This document shows, in pieces, positions 14,248 to 27,627 of a stretch of 64,000 nucleotides of DNA. Both the position numbers and the translations under genes were made by a program. This DNA comes from Auanema rhodensis (Eukaryota > Animalia > Nematoda). The notes under the pieces are model-generated. The model ran no database searches, had not been told where the DNA came from, and was given only the letters and a program-made list of their open reading frames with translations. The stretch lies in assembly GCA_964057225.1 (NCBI GenBank), contig OZ059897.1, forward strand, positions 15,562,001-15,626,000, written 5' to 3'. Positions within the stretch are counted from its first letter, which is position 1. Each line of letters starts with the position of its first letter.

Positions 14248-16679
14248 ATGTTGCGTTCCGTTTTGTCTCGTGCTGGACAGCAGATTCGCTATAGTTCAAC
14301 CCCTGCCGGTATTAGAGATGTTACTCCAAAATATACACAAGTATAAACATTAATCGAAAACTTAATTTAATTTTCGAAATATTAGCTGTTCATCAATAAC
14401 GAATTTGTAAACAGTGTTAGTGGAAAAACTTTCGAGACTTTTAACCCTGCCAATGGAAAACTGATAACTCAGGTGCAGGAGGGTGACAAAGCTGATATTG
14501 ACAAGGCTGTTGCGGTACTTTTCTGAAAATTATAATTTGCAATACTGAGTATAATATCTTAGGCTGCATCACAAGCTTTCCGTCTAGGTTCACCATGGCG
14601 TCGCATGGATGCTGCTCAAAGAGGAGTTCTTTTAAACAGACTTGCCGATCTTATGGAACGTGATCGTGTTATGCTTGCCGTACGTTTAAAAGCGCTGAGA
14701 AAATAAGTATTATTTTATTTCAGTCTCTCGAAACATTGGACAATGGAAAACCTTATGGAGTCTCGTACAATGCTGATCTTGCTCTCTCTATTGCCTGTTT
14801 CCGGTAAATTAATTACTTTCAAAAAAATTGGACAATTATTATATTGGTTAAAATCACTAGAAAATGTATAACATATTTTTTCATTTACGGTGATGAGATT
14901 GAATTATCATCATAACTAGAGATAATGGTTATCACGCCATTTAACCAGCTTTTTTTAATCAAAGCTTTCCTCTATCATGAATTTTGTACCAAATTGTGAT
15001 TTGTTCAGAACCCAGAATGCTTTTCTGAGATAAACGAATTACAGAGCCCTATTAAATATTAAGGGACATATATATTAATTATAATTTTCCAGTTACTATG
15101 CCGGGTGGGCTGACAAGAATCATGGAAAAACAATTCCAATTGCTGGAGATCATTTCACTTACACCCGCCATGAACCAGTTGGAGTTTGTGGACAGATTAT
15201 CCCCGTAAGTTTATTTATTTTTGATTATGAGGATAAATAGTATTGATATATAATGATATTATAACTATTTATAACTGACGTTGTAGTGGAATTTCCCTCT
15301 TTTGATGCAAGCTTGGAAATTGGGTCCAGCACTTGCTATGGGAAACACAGTTGTTATGAAAGTAGCTGAGCAAACCCCCTTATCCGCTCTTCATGTTGCC
15401 AGCCTTATCCGAGAGGTAATATTGTGAAAGTGTACTCAGAAGCTTACTCAAGTTTACTTGTTTACATTTTTAGGAAGTTTATTCCTAATGTTTAATTTTA
15501 GGCTGGTTTCCCTGAAGGAGTTGTAAACATCATTCCAGGATTTGGGCCAACCGCTGGACAAGCTATTTCAAGCCATCCTGGAATTGATAAAGTTGCGTTC
15601 ACTGGATCAACTGAAGTTGGAAGATTGGTTATGAAGGCTGCCGCAGAAAGTAACATCAAAAAGTAAGCTACCGTTTCTTTTTCGAAGTATTGTTTTTTTT
15701 TCAGGGTTACTCTTGAACTTGGAGGAAAGAGTCCAAACATTATCTTTGGTGATGCTGACGGTTGGGTTGTTTGAAATAATAATGAATTTATTTTTTTTTA
15801 CAGTTGCAAAAGCCGCTCAACAAGCTCATCATGGTCTTTTCTTCAATCAGGGACAATGCTGTTGTGCAGGTTCTCGCACTTTTGTTGAAGGAAAGGTGTG
15901 TTTTCTGGCGATTTCGAAATTATATTGTCTTCTCTAAGATTTATGATGAGTTTGTCGCTCACTCTAAAGAATTAGCTGAGAAGAGAGTACTTGGAGATCC
16001 ATTCGATTTGAAAACCGACCAAGGACCACAAGTTGATAAGAATCAAGTAAAAACTATTCTCAGATATGTGGAAGCTGGAAAAAAGGAAGGAGCTCAGTTA
16101 GTTACTGGTGAGAACTGCACTCTAATGTTTTTGTTTTATCAAAACTTTTAGGAGGAGAACAATGGGGCAATGAAGGGCATTATGTTAAGCCTACCATTTT
16201 CGCTAATGTTCATGATCAAATGACAATCGCTCAAGAAGAAGTAATACAGTTCTTAAACAAAAATTTCATCATTCAATATACAGATTTTTGGCCCTGTAAT
16301 GAGCATTATTCGTTTTGACAACACCGATGATTTGATTGAGAAAGCTAATAATACCATTTATGGACTTGCTGCTGCTGTTGTAACTAAGGATATTGACAAA
16401 GCACTTCATGTTGCTAATAATATTCGAGCTGGTTCTGTTTGGTATTTTTAAACTTTTTATTGTTTTATATATTTTATATTCATAGGGTTAACTGTTATGA
16501 CGTTTTTGATGCTGCTGCTCCATTCGGTGGATACAAACAATCTGGTATTTTAAAAAGACGAAAAGTATTCACATTATATTATTTTTCTAGGAATTGGGCG
16601 TGAACTTGGAGAATATGGACTTGAAGCTTATACCGAAGTGAAGTCCGTCACTATCAAGGTTCCACAGAAGAACTCCTAA
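14248..16679 (+). CDS. alh-1: Mitochondrial aldehyde dehydrogenase (ALDH2-like), multi-exon
   Basis: Presequence [17 protein letters not shown]; [25 protein letters not shown], catalytic [20 protein letters not shown]; ends [14 protein letters not shown]. Confidence 0.93.
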
Positions 16680-17079
16680 ATCTTATATTTCATACTTTTA
16701 ATAATGCTATGATAGTTCAATATGAAATAATAAAACTTTCTTTATATTAAATGAAGCTCTGGGCAATAGCTGTGGTATTGTGTTTGATACTTAGATGTTT
16801 TTCGGGAAATTTGAGAGTTAAATTTGCGTTGAACTACTAAAAGGTTGCTGTTAATCGCTGGTCACTTATTCCTATACAAATATACAAACAGTTTGTTTTA
16901 AAGAACTGATCAGTTAGAAAGTTAGTCCTTTTTGGGGTATGGGTCGCAATTGCGTACAACAGTTTTGAAATGGTGAAAAGCTTTGTTTTTTTTAGATAGT
17001 ATGATATAATGTTATAATTAGAAGATTTTTATAAAAGTGCAAGAATCTTTATGTGAAATTGAATTTTACAGTTAATGCA

Positions 17080-20000
17080 ATGGAGCAAAATGTAGATATT
17101 CGATGGATTATAAAACAATGTGTTCACCCTCCTGAAACAACAAACTTTGATGCTGTACTAATACACCCACTTTTGCCTAAATCTGTTTATTACAATTCCC
17201 CTATTGTTGAAGTAGAAGTAAATTCTAAGACAAGTACTAGTGATGTAGATTTTATTGATCCATTAGGTAACTTTCAGAACTTTATAAATTATCTTCCGGT
17301 TTCTTTAAGGTGTTGCAACCGAGGAAGAAGTTTTGGCTGGCCCTTCATGTACCACTGTTGATGTTGATTTACTCAATACTAACGATTTCTCTAAAAGAAC
17401 TTCGGTTATTCTGCATAACACATTAGAAAGTAAACCGATTGATCGTGTCATTATTGGTAAGTAAATACAAAATAATTGAATCACTTGTTTAGTTCAGATG
17501 TGAATCTGCCAGATTTCGAGTCGTGGAAATCAAAAAGAGTTCAAATTTTGAATACCTACTCAACAAATGAAAAACTTAGTATTAGTTCAAGCTTTCTTGG
17601 TGTTCCTAAAACTAAGTCAGGATTGTCTGACAAAAAGAAAAGAAGGTAGTATACTATTATTACAATAAAACAATAGCAAAATTAAGAATGGAAATGTTGG
17701 AAGATATGTCGGGCTTGAAAAAAATATCTGAGTTATCTCAAGCTGAATTTGTTTCTCATGTAAATGATTTAAGAGAACTTTTAATTTTTGCTTGGGATAA
17801 TAACAAAAGAGTGGAGGCTATCAGAGTTTGTTTTCTGAATTGATTAATTTTAAGTTTATTCTAGCTTATAGATTGTAACCGAACTAGCTAGAATGCTTTC
17901 ATCACAACTTAATGCACAGTTTTATCCAAATCAGTGGATTTTAGTTACTGATATTCTTGATTTATTTGGTAAGCTCGTGTTTAATCGTCTTCTATTAAAA
18001 GCTAATGAAGTATGTTTCCTTTTATTTCATAATTGGCTTTATAATACATCTAGGAATGTCAAGCACAAGGTCTACCAAAACTCTCAGAAACTTTTAATTC
18101 TAACGAAGTTCCTTTGAAAGCTGCCGAAGTGGCTAAAAATTGGTTCTGCAAAATAGCTGATATCAAAGAGTTGATACCCCGCTTTTATGGTAACGGTATT
18201 CAGCCTTGAAAGCATGCAGCTGTTATTTTTTAGTCGAAACGGCCCTCATATCTTGTTTAAATTTTCTGGATTCGTCTAGTTGTCATGTCAATTTACTACG
18301 CCTTTGCGGAATGGCAGGAAGTAAAATAAAGCTTTAATCTTATAACTGAAATCATACATGATTCAGAATTACCTCAACCGCTCTTAGGTGCGTACGCTAG
18401 AGCGTACGTTTGTAAAATAGCGATGCACTTCAATCCTTCGGATCGGGCCATTCATTGGAAAGCTTTAAATGATTCCATGCAGCAGAGTAATATATATTTG
18501 GTAAGTACAAATTTTATTTGCTTTTCAAATGTCATACTTCAGCCTGAATTAACAAGTCCTGCATATGAATGGATTATTCAATGTGTTTCTTATGCTGCAA
18601 CAACTGTGGATGATCTCGGACCATTGTGGGAATATGCCAAAATGGTGATTATTTCTTATTTCAAGCATATGTCAATATCATTTCAGGACGACAAAAGATT
18701 CCTCGTATCTTCTTTTGTAAAATCTGTTTCACCTCGATATCTTGCCAGTCTTTCCATGCCATTTTGTGAATTGGTTAGCCATCTAAAAATTATTCATAAG
18801 GAGCTAAGAGCCTTTTTTTCAGGTTTTGTGCAAGAATCCTACAGTTTTCGATGTTTGTACATTTGGAGAAAGGTTATTACTCGTAGAAACACCTGAAAAG
18901 GATAGATATAATATTCTTCTGTACGCTTGAACACAATTTAGCTTTGTTTACCTTCTCTTGTTTCAGACGCATATCAAAGTTTTTGGCGAAGTTACCAAAT
19001 TTCACAGATTACGTAGTAGGATATGCTACTTGGAGCAAATTTATTGGAAGGTGTAGTTAATAAATTTCATTTCTTTTAATGTTTATTGTAGATATTTTGA
19101 TTTTCCTGATCTTTGTGATGTGGCTTCTGGCCTTTCGAAAAGATTACAGAAAGAATCAAGAGTAAGAATTTTTTAAAATTAAGTATATAGTTTCAAAAAT
19201 ATATGTTTTTAAAGTTTTCGGATGAGTCCTTTGAATTGGTTGTGAAAATTGTGAATAATTTACTCACAGCCAAGAAGTACAATAGTGATCTTCTGAGAAA
19301 TGAATGTTTTCAAACCGTCTTAGAGTATTTGAGGTGACACTTCCATTGTGATTTATTAAATCAAAATACTACATTCAGAGATGAACCTTATGCATCAGCT
19401 TGTGCCAAAACTATTCTTGCAGAATTTATACGAACATATACTTATGGTTCACTAACGGATTATCTAATTGCTGATATTGTTTGTTTTTTCTTCTTATTTA
19501 TGTAAAAAGAGATTTTGCAGATTCTCGAGCAATGCCGTGCATTGTGTGAATGTCTCAATCCAGACAGCGTTTCCGATGAGGTAGGTAATCAAGCTAATAT
19601 GTCGTTCTGATTTTGTATTTTAGATCAGAATAGCTTCTAGACTTATCTGTTGTTCATTAGATAGAATATCATTGAATAATGATCGAGAGAGAGGATTATC
19701 ATTGCTAGTCAAGGCTAGAGGATTATTAAGCGAGTTGCCTGAAGTTACGGAAGTTTGTTTTTTTCAATTACAATTATTACCCAAGGATCTTTAGCATATT
19801 GTTTTCTTAATGATTGAATTTGTTCTACACCACCAAATTCATTCTGAAAATTCAGCCAAAAAAGCTGCTTTTATGAGGCATGTTTAGTAAAATGTACAAA
19901 AATATAATTTTATATCATATTTAGAGCATGTGTTGCTAATTTATATATAACCATCCCATCTATACCTGACAATTCTGTTCGTATTATTGCTCTATTGAGA

Positions 20001-20831
20001 ACAATGTGTATTAGTTTGATGATTAGTTCTATGCCTCAGGTATATCATTATTTTTATTGCAAAAAATTTCAAACATTTAGTGTTTTTCTATTTGCAATTT
20101 CATTTTGAAATCCTTCGAGTCGTCTGAGGTTTCAACTCAATTTGTTTCACAATGCTGCCATTTTCTTTCAATATTAGTATCAGTTGGAGATCCAGCAAAT
20201 ACTTCTTATCTTCATTTTTATGATCGTTTCATAGATGTGATTGAAAAGTTTGGTTACTTTGAATTTACTAAAATTATTAAGCTGTATACAGAAAAAAATG
20301 GAAGGACCCTTTTCTAAAGTTTGAGACTTGGATTGCTTGTCTCGGATACTTAATTAATGTTAGTCTACCTGAAATCCCATCTAAAATTATTGGTGTAGAA
20401 GCTAATGATTCGTTATATGGATCAAGCACTGAATATTTGTGAGTTAACCAATACTTTTAAACAACTTTTTAACATACATTCTTTAGATCTGTTGTTCAAG
20501 ATAGAATAACTAATGCAATGGATGTTATGATTGATATGATAGAGAGTGAAGATCCAAGCAAGCCTTTAATTTCTATCGGTTTAGCAGAGTTCATAGTAGA
20601 AAATTTTGAATTAAGTTCAATGGTAAATATATTCATATTATATACATATTTTTATTCATTTGTTTCTCAAAATGGTTTGTTTAGATTATAAAGATGATAC
20701 TTAACTTAGTGAAACGTGTACTACGTAGCGGAATTTATCAACGTCGTGTTCAAGATATATTAATTACTTTGAAGAATTTAGATTCCGATGATACAACTCT
20801 TGCGAAATTTTTAACTAAATTAGCAATTTAA
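17080..20831 (+). CDS. VPS35L: VPS35 endosomal protein-sorting factor-like (C16orf62; Retriever subunit), ~20 exons
   Basis: DFIDPLG; FESWKSKRVQILNTY; ELSQAEFV...AWDNNKRVEAIRI; FYPNQWILVTDILDLFGKLVFNRL; NWFCKIADIKELIPRFYVE; PLLGAYARAYVC; FMRACVANLYITIPSI; NDSLYG. All match recalled C16orf62 motifs. Stop TAA at 20829-20831. Confidence 0.88.
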
Positions 20832-21007
20832 TTTAATATTTTGATAATTTTATATATCATGTGATCTGTGATAGGGAGTAAATTGTGATTGGTTCTTATG
20901 ATCGAAATAAGTTATATTATTCGTCTGCTGTTGAGATTGAAAATCAGCTACTGATACCTATATTTTCTTTTCTGTAGTTTGTTTTATTTTAACAGCTATT
21001 TCAGAAT

Positions 21008-22324
21008 ATGACTGAAGATTTTGAAATATCGTTTGAAGCCGATGAAGACTTTCGAATGGATTACAAGAATGGTGGGGTTGATGTTTGCTAGATTCGCAAT
21101 TCATAGGAAATTCACTTCAGAGAGTGCCAGTACAGATAACAATGAGCATGGACCGAGCACGTCAACTGATCCTGTAGGGTTTCGAGAAGCAAGTATAAGG
21201 TATCAAGAACTACAAAAAGAAATGGATCGTATTGATGATATAGCTGTTCAGGTTTCATAATTTTCACAATGGAAATGATGTTAAATCTTTTAGCTGAAAT
21301 TCGCTCTTGAATTGAGAGCAAAAATGGAAGAATGTTATAGTTCACGTTCTATGAATAAATGTCCTATCTCTACACGATATGAGGTGATATGGGATGCTCT
21401 AGGTTCTAAAAAAACTTATTTTGGAGTTTAGGTTCGTTGTCTATCGAGTGGATCTTTGCTATATATCATTCATATTCTCAACAATTCTCAACGATCTTTA
21501 AATAATTGGTTCTTTCTAGTTACCGCAGAGTCCATAGGTATATTTTCTTTGTTCTTTGTACTTTATATACATATAAATGTCACCATAGAATCGGCTGGCC
21601 CGGTTCACACAAGTTCGTTCTGTTTACCATTTTTGGAACCAAATCAAAGCAGAACTTTTGAAATATTCTCTGACCGGAAGTCGGTCAGACTACCATGTAT
21701 CATACGAACTAAACTTATTAGGTACCGTTTCTCGCTTTCAATTAACATTTTCTTTTATCATTTTCTAACAGAAGCTTTGAAATTTCATCGCCATCCAAAA
21801 TAATTAGAATATCATTGGATCATGAGCTGGTATCTTATCTCAATTTTATGAAAATTTGTTCCACATCTTCTGAAAAAAAAGCATCACATGGGGTAAGTTG
21901 TAATGACATCTCCAAGAAAATGATTTTTCAGTCATTCACTTTGAATATTCCGTGCTCTTACATCAATTTGTTGTGTGGATGTCAAGAAAACGTCAAGCCA
22001 TTCCATATACTTCAACTATTGTTACACGTCGCTACTCCACAAGCAGAATTAAACTTAGACTGCACTAGCATGAACTGCCAAATTACCTATTTCCAATCTT
22101 TTCATCAAGTTAGATTTGAGGCAGAAAAGATGCATAAAAATATAGATCTAGTGGTATATGTCAGAGATTCTGATATGAGACGAAAGCTACAACGCGATAT
22201 CCAATTATTTCTAATTACTAAATATATTGGTATTCTAAAACGTATGCCTTCTGAAATTGAATGGTCGCGTAATGAACGCAATATTAACGATATTTTCGTT
22301 AATATAGTTGAAAAGTTTACTTAG
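21008..22324 (+). CDS. 345-aa uncharacterised protein; candidate divergent FAAP100-like (coiled coil + beta-sandwich + alpha/beta domain, no propeller)
   Basis: Exons 21008-21071, 21121-21251, 21294-21383, 21432-21537, 21589-21721, 21772-21892 and 21932-22324 join in one frame (1038 nt) across GT-AG introns of 39-51 nt. The gene model is solid; the FAAP100 resemblance is by eye only. Confidence 0.7.
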
Positions 22325-22451
22325 GTTTTTTCCATTTGATCAATGAATATTTTTATCGGTTTAAATTGTTTTTTTTTCTCTTCATATTTTCCATTCGTAT
22401 TTGGCTCGCTCTTGGTTCAGATTAATTCTATTTAACTCGCCCATTTTTAGA

Positions 22452-23782
22452 ATGTCTTCTGGTAAGCGAGCTGTTGTAGTTGGGGCAACTGGCGCAGTCG
22501 GAAAACAGTTGGTACAAGCGCTTATTGCTTCTTCCGAATTCTCAAGAGTTGTTCTTCTCGGCAGAAGAAAGATCGAGGAACTACCAGAAAACAATAAAAT
22601 TGTAAGTTGATTATGGATAGAGGTTTTCCAAGTTCTTTTTATGTGAATTTTATTAGTGTGTAGGATTGTAACCGATATATTGAGATGATATCGCTGCAAT
22701 CTGTATCAGTATTTGCTGTTATTTATTACTTACATAATTCGCAACCGATATCGTTCAGACTAAAGATGTAAATGAAAAAGTTGTGCCCAACAAACAATTT
22801 TCCAATTCACGTGAAAGCATTAGCCATGCTCGGTTTTTGTTTGAAGTTGATGATCTTTCAAGGTTATACTTACTGAACAAACGTGTTTAATCCTTTTTCG
22901 AATGTTGTTTTCTTTTTTTTAATGGAAAGTGATAACAATATCTAGTTTCGGTTGAAATTACCTGGACTAACTAAATACGATTATTTAATTAAATTATTGT
23001 ATAAAAATTCTACTGAAAAAATAACACTAGGAAACAATTTTAATTTATATTTAGGAACAACATATCATCGATTTTGATAATCTGGAGAAAGATTCAGCAA
23101 AATTCAAAGACATAGATGTCGGATTTTGCGCTTTGGGAACAACCCGTTCAAAATCTGGAGCAGTATAATATAGCAATTTTTCTGAAGAATTACATCTGTA
23201 TTTAGGCTGGTTTTTACAAAGTTGATCATGATTATGTTTTAAACACAGCAACTGTTGCAAAGAATGAAGGTATGAAAAACTAAATAAGAAAACTCTGCTT
23301 CTTTAGGTGTTCAGGAATTTGTTTTGGTATCATCGACGGGAGCAAATGAAAATTCGTTATTCCTTTATCCTAAAACTAAAGTATGTGCATATCTTATATA
23401 ATAAAAAACAATTTTTTTAGGGACAAGTCGAACGAGACATTGCTGCTCTTGAATTCAAGAAGTTTTTGATTGTTCAACCTGGATTCTTAGAAGCTGAGCG
23501 TTCAGGTTCATATAAATTATGTTGCTAAACAATATCTGAAGAATTGAAGAATCGCGTATTCTGGAGTCAGTTGCCAGATTTTTCATTACTCCTTTGAAGC
23601 TTGTCTCAGACAGCATTGCTATATCTGTCGAAAACTGCGCTAAGGTACTTTATCACTGATAATGATATAAGCTCTAAGTTTTAAAGGCTATGATTGTGGG
23701 ATCTTTGGATAATACTATCAAAGGGAAAGTAATATGGGGCAACTCTGAACTTCTCAAAAAGGCTAAAGAATACAAATCGTAA
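22452..23782 (+). CDS. HTATIP2: HTATIP2/TIP30 (CC3) NAD(P)-binding short-chain oxidoreductase-like protein
   Basis: Rossmann motif [72 protein letters not shown]. Stop TAA at 23780-23782. Confidence 0.9.
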
Positions 23783-24487
23783 GGTAATTAAGATCGAAGT
23801 TAAAGTACCAGAAATAATATGTGTTGTCATTGACAAATTTATATTTAATCAATTATTGTATTATTTGTAATTATTTGTACGAAAATAAACAATCTTGTAC
23901 TACGATTGTTTGAATTTAGAGGGGTTTAACACTTGTCATTTTCTAATTTGCCAGGTATTGTACTTTGATGTTAGCAAAAAATCATGCCATAGTAGTTAGA
24001 GGTTGTTGCCGATTTTTATTATTCTCTCATGCTGGTACTATTCTTAATTTCTCAGTAGCCTTTCCTTTCTCTTTTTTCTCTACTTTTATCTTGTATTCTC
24101 ATTTGTGTAATATCTATGATAAGAAACTGTTTATTTGGGCTGTTCTATATCAGACGAAAATTACGAAGTGATTGTTCTCTCTTGTAAACTGATTAGAAAG
24201 TTCTCTGAGATTCGTTTTGTTTTTATTTTTTTATTTGCACTGCTTATGATGTCACGAAAAATGAAATCCCTCTTTTCTTTTCGTAACATAGTTTATTCGA
24301 CAATCAATAAGTAGCCAGTGTGAGAGCCCCAGCAGAGTTTGAACGAACAGCCGACGTGACTAGATGAACATTTCTCGTCAACTATCTGCGTTTAGCTAGC
24401 ATTTAAAAATAAGCTTCTCTGTTTATTAAATCTTTCTTTACCGATTGTATTCCTTGTTTCTAACTATTTCTAATGGCTAATTTCGAG

Positions 24488-27302
24488 ATGACTTCTCATC
24501 CTGGTATGCCGCGGAATTTATCTTCCACCAAAGTGGCACTCACTTTGGCTGGAGAAGATTTGGATGAAAGCCAGGTACTAAATTTATAAATAAGTAACTT
24601 CATTTTGTGTATTTGAGATTTTACCTATGGACAGCGGTAAATCTGCTAGAGAAGAAGGTCGATTTGTTTTTGAAACTGCTTGGGAAGTTGCAAATAAGGT
24701 TATCATGCTCAGTTTTACAACTATTTCAATCTAGTACTTCAGGTTGGTGGAATTTACACTGTTCTTAGGTCAAAGGCGCAAGTTAGTACAGAAGAATTAG
24801 GTAATATTAGAAAACTATTACATAGCTGAGTTGTGATGTATAGGTGATCAGTATTGCATGTTTGGGCCTATGAAGGACGATAGATGGAGATTAGAAGTCG
24901 AACAAATCGAACCAGAGAATAGGTATTTATGAAAACAAAAATAAAAATCATTTTGTTCTTAGAACTATTCGTCAAGCTATGAAGCTTTTCCATCGTGATG
25001 GGTTCCGCGTAAGTTTCAATGTAATAAAAGACGATGAGCGAAATGCTGGTTTAGTGCACTTACGGACGGTGGCTTATTGAGGGATATCCTAAAGTCATTC
25101 TTTTTGATTTGGGTTCCGGAGCTATAAGAATGGACCAATGGAAACAAGAGCTCTTTGATAGGTACAACTACAACTGCTTTTTTCGTTTTTTATAATACAA
25201 TACATATCAGATGCAAGGTAGGAATCCCGTGGGAGGATATGGAATCTAATGATGCTGTTATCCTTGGATTCATGATTGCTATTTTTCTCCGTCACTTTCG
25301 TGAATCGGTTACCGCTTATCAACCGTTGGTTGTTGCACATTTCCACGAATGGCAAGCTGGTTTGTGAATATCGAAAATGCGTGTTTTAGCTTTTTGAGTT
25401 ACAGGTGTCGGATTGTTAATGACTCGGCTATGGAAATTAGACATTGCCACTGTTTATACTACTCACGCTACCTTGTTAGGGCGTCATTTATGCGCAGGAG
25501 GATGTGATCTCTATAATAATCTTGGAAAATTCGATTTAGACACTGAAGCTGGAAAAAGAAAGGTACTCTTGTTTGAGAAGAAACATTTTTATGCAAGTTT
25601 TTCAGATTTATCATCAATATTGCTTAGAGAGAGCGGCATGTCACTCTGCTCATATCTTCACTACGGTTTCAGAAATTACTGGAGTTGAAGCCGAGCATTT
25701 ATTGTTGAGAAAACCTGACATTCTTACTCCTAATGGTTTGAATGTTGTAAAATTTGCAGCTATTCACGAATTCCAAGTAAATTTTATAAGTATTATTTTA
25801 ATAAAGTTATTTTTAAGAACTTGCACTCCATGGCCAAAGAAAAAATTCATACTTTCATCCGAGGACATTTCCATGGACATTTAGACTTTGATTTGGACAA
25901 AACCTTGTACTTCTTCACTGCCGGACGGTAAACGTCTTATAATTTTTATAATTTAATTTTTTTTCGTATAGATACGAGTTTTCTAACAAGGGAGGTGATT
26001 TGTTCATTGAATCACTTGCACGACTTAATCATTATTTGAAAACTACTGATGATCCAAGACATGCTGGAACAACTGTTGTTGCTTTTATCATTTATCCAGG
26101 TTTCCATTTCAAGTTTGAGTATATTTCAATATGTGTTGTTTTAGCTCCATCGAACTCTTTTAACGTTGAATCTCTTCGTGGGCAAGCCGTTACCAAACAA
26201 TTAAAAGAAGCTGCAGACAGAATTAAGGTGAATAAGTTCTCAAATTCACCATACTCTATATTCATTTCAGGAAAATGTTGGACAAAGAATTTTTGATGCT
26301 TGCTTGCAAGGAAGACTCCCAGATGGCCAAGATCTTTTAAGTCCTCCTGAAAAGATTATGGTTAGTATGAACTAAAGGTCACATGCATATTTTTTTGATT
26401 TCAGTTAAAGAGATGCATAATGGCTAGTGAAAAGCATGAATTACCTCCTATATGTACACATAATATGTTAAACGGAAATGATCAAGTTATCTTTTCAATA
26501 CATCATAGTTATTATGTTTTACATGTCAGGTCCTGGGCGCTCTTCGTAGATGCCAATTGCTGAATGACAAGTTCGATAGAGTGAAAGTAGTCTTTCATCC
26601 TGAGTTCTTGTCCTCAGTATCTCCTTTGATTGGCCTTGATTATGAAGACTTTGTTCGTGGATGTCATTTGGGAATTTTCCCATCTTATTATGAACCATGG
26701 GGGTATCTTTAATTTAATTATGATCTAGTTAATTGGTTTTCATTCAGCTATACACCCGCTGAGTGTACTGTCATGGGTATTCCATCAGTTTCAACTAATC
26801 TTTCCGGATTTGGATGCTTTATGGAAGTATAATCATACATATTAAAATCTTATTTAAATGTTAATGTTCAGGAACATGTCAAACACTGTGAGGAATATGG
26901 TATATACGTCGTTAACCGCCGGTTTCAAGGAGTAGAAGACTCCGTTAGACAACTCACTCAGATTATGTTAGTTTTTTTATTGTGTTTTTATTATTTAAAC
27001 TAATGTTCTTATAATTATAGGTATGATTTCTGTGGTTTATCACGAAGACAGCGTATTCTTTTACGTAATGGAACCGAAAGCTTGAGTGCACTTTTGGATT
27101 GGAACAGCTTGGGCAGTTTTTATAGGTTTGAAATGGTTTTGGCTATTTTAATCTATTTTTTTTGAGATCTTGCCGAAGAATGGCTTTAGAAAAATTACAT
27201 CCTGATCTTGATAAGATCATTCATGAGAACGAAGGCAAAGTACCATCTGCAGCTACTAGTCGTCGACCCAGTTTTCACAGTAGCGACGAGGAAGACGAAT
27301 AA
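24488..27302 (+). CDS. gsy-1: Glycogen synthase (an in-frame upstream ATG also exists at 24473)
   Basis: MPRNLSS; [22 protein letters not shown]; GRWLIEGYP; AHFHEWQAG; [14 protein letters not shown]; [24 protein letters not shown]; [21 protein letters not shown]. Stop TAA at 27300-27302. Confidence 0.96.
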
Positions 27303-27627
27303 ATCAAAAGTACGCATATTGCATTTCTAGATTTACTTTACCGGTTTTACAGATGAAATTAGTTTTATCCACTAAATAACTTAAATTTTCATATTGTATC
27401 TACAGAGAACATACAAACTTAATTAATAATAAAGATTTTTATAAATTTGTCCAAATATACAAAACAATAAGAAGTGTTTTAAATGTCTCAAACCCCACAC
27501 TTCAACAGAAAAATTTCAAGTGGCAATGATTCACAGCTACAAGAGATATTTTTGTGAAATAAATTATTTATAAATACTGTATACGAGAATTAGAACCCAA
27601 AAGCGCCCAAACACTTCATTGAGATCT

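Noticed and set aside
14890-15028. C-box (GTGATGA) and D-box (CTGA) in the long alh-1 intron
   Set aside because: Spacing is long (~140 nt), the terminal stem is weak and I recognised no rRNA guide. Such motifs arise by chance in AT-rich DNA.
22840-22882. TTGATGA...CTGA with a terminal stem in HTATIP2 intron 1
   Set aside because: The boxes are only ~20 nt apart, too short for a C/D snoRNA.
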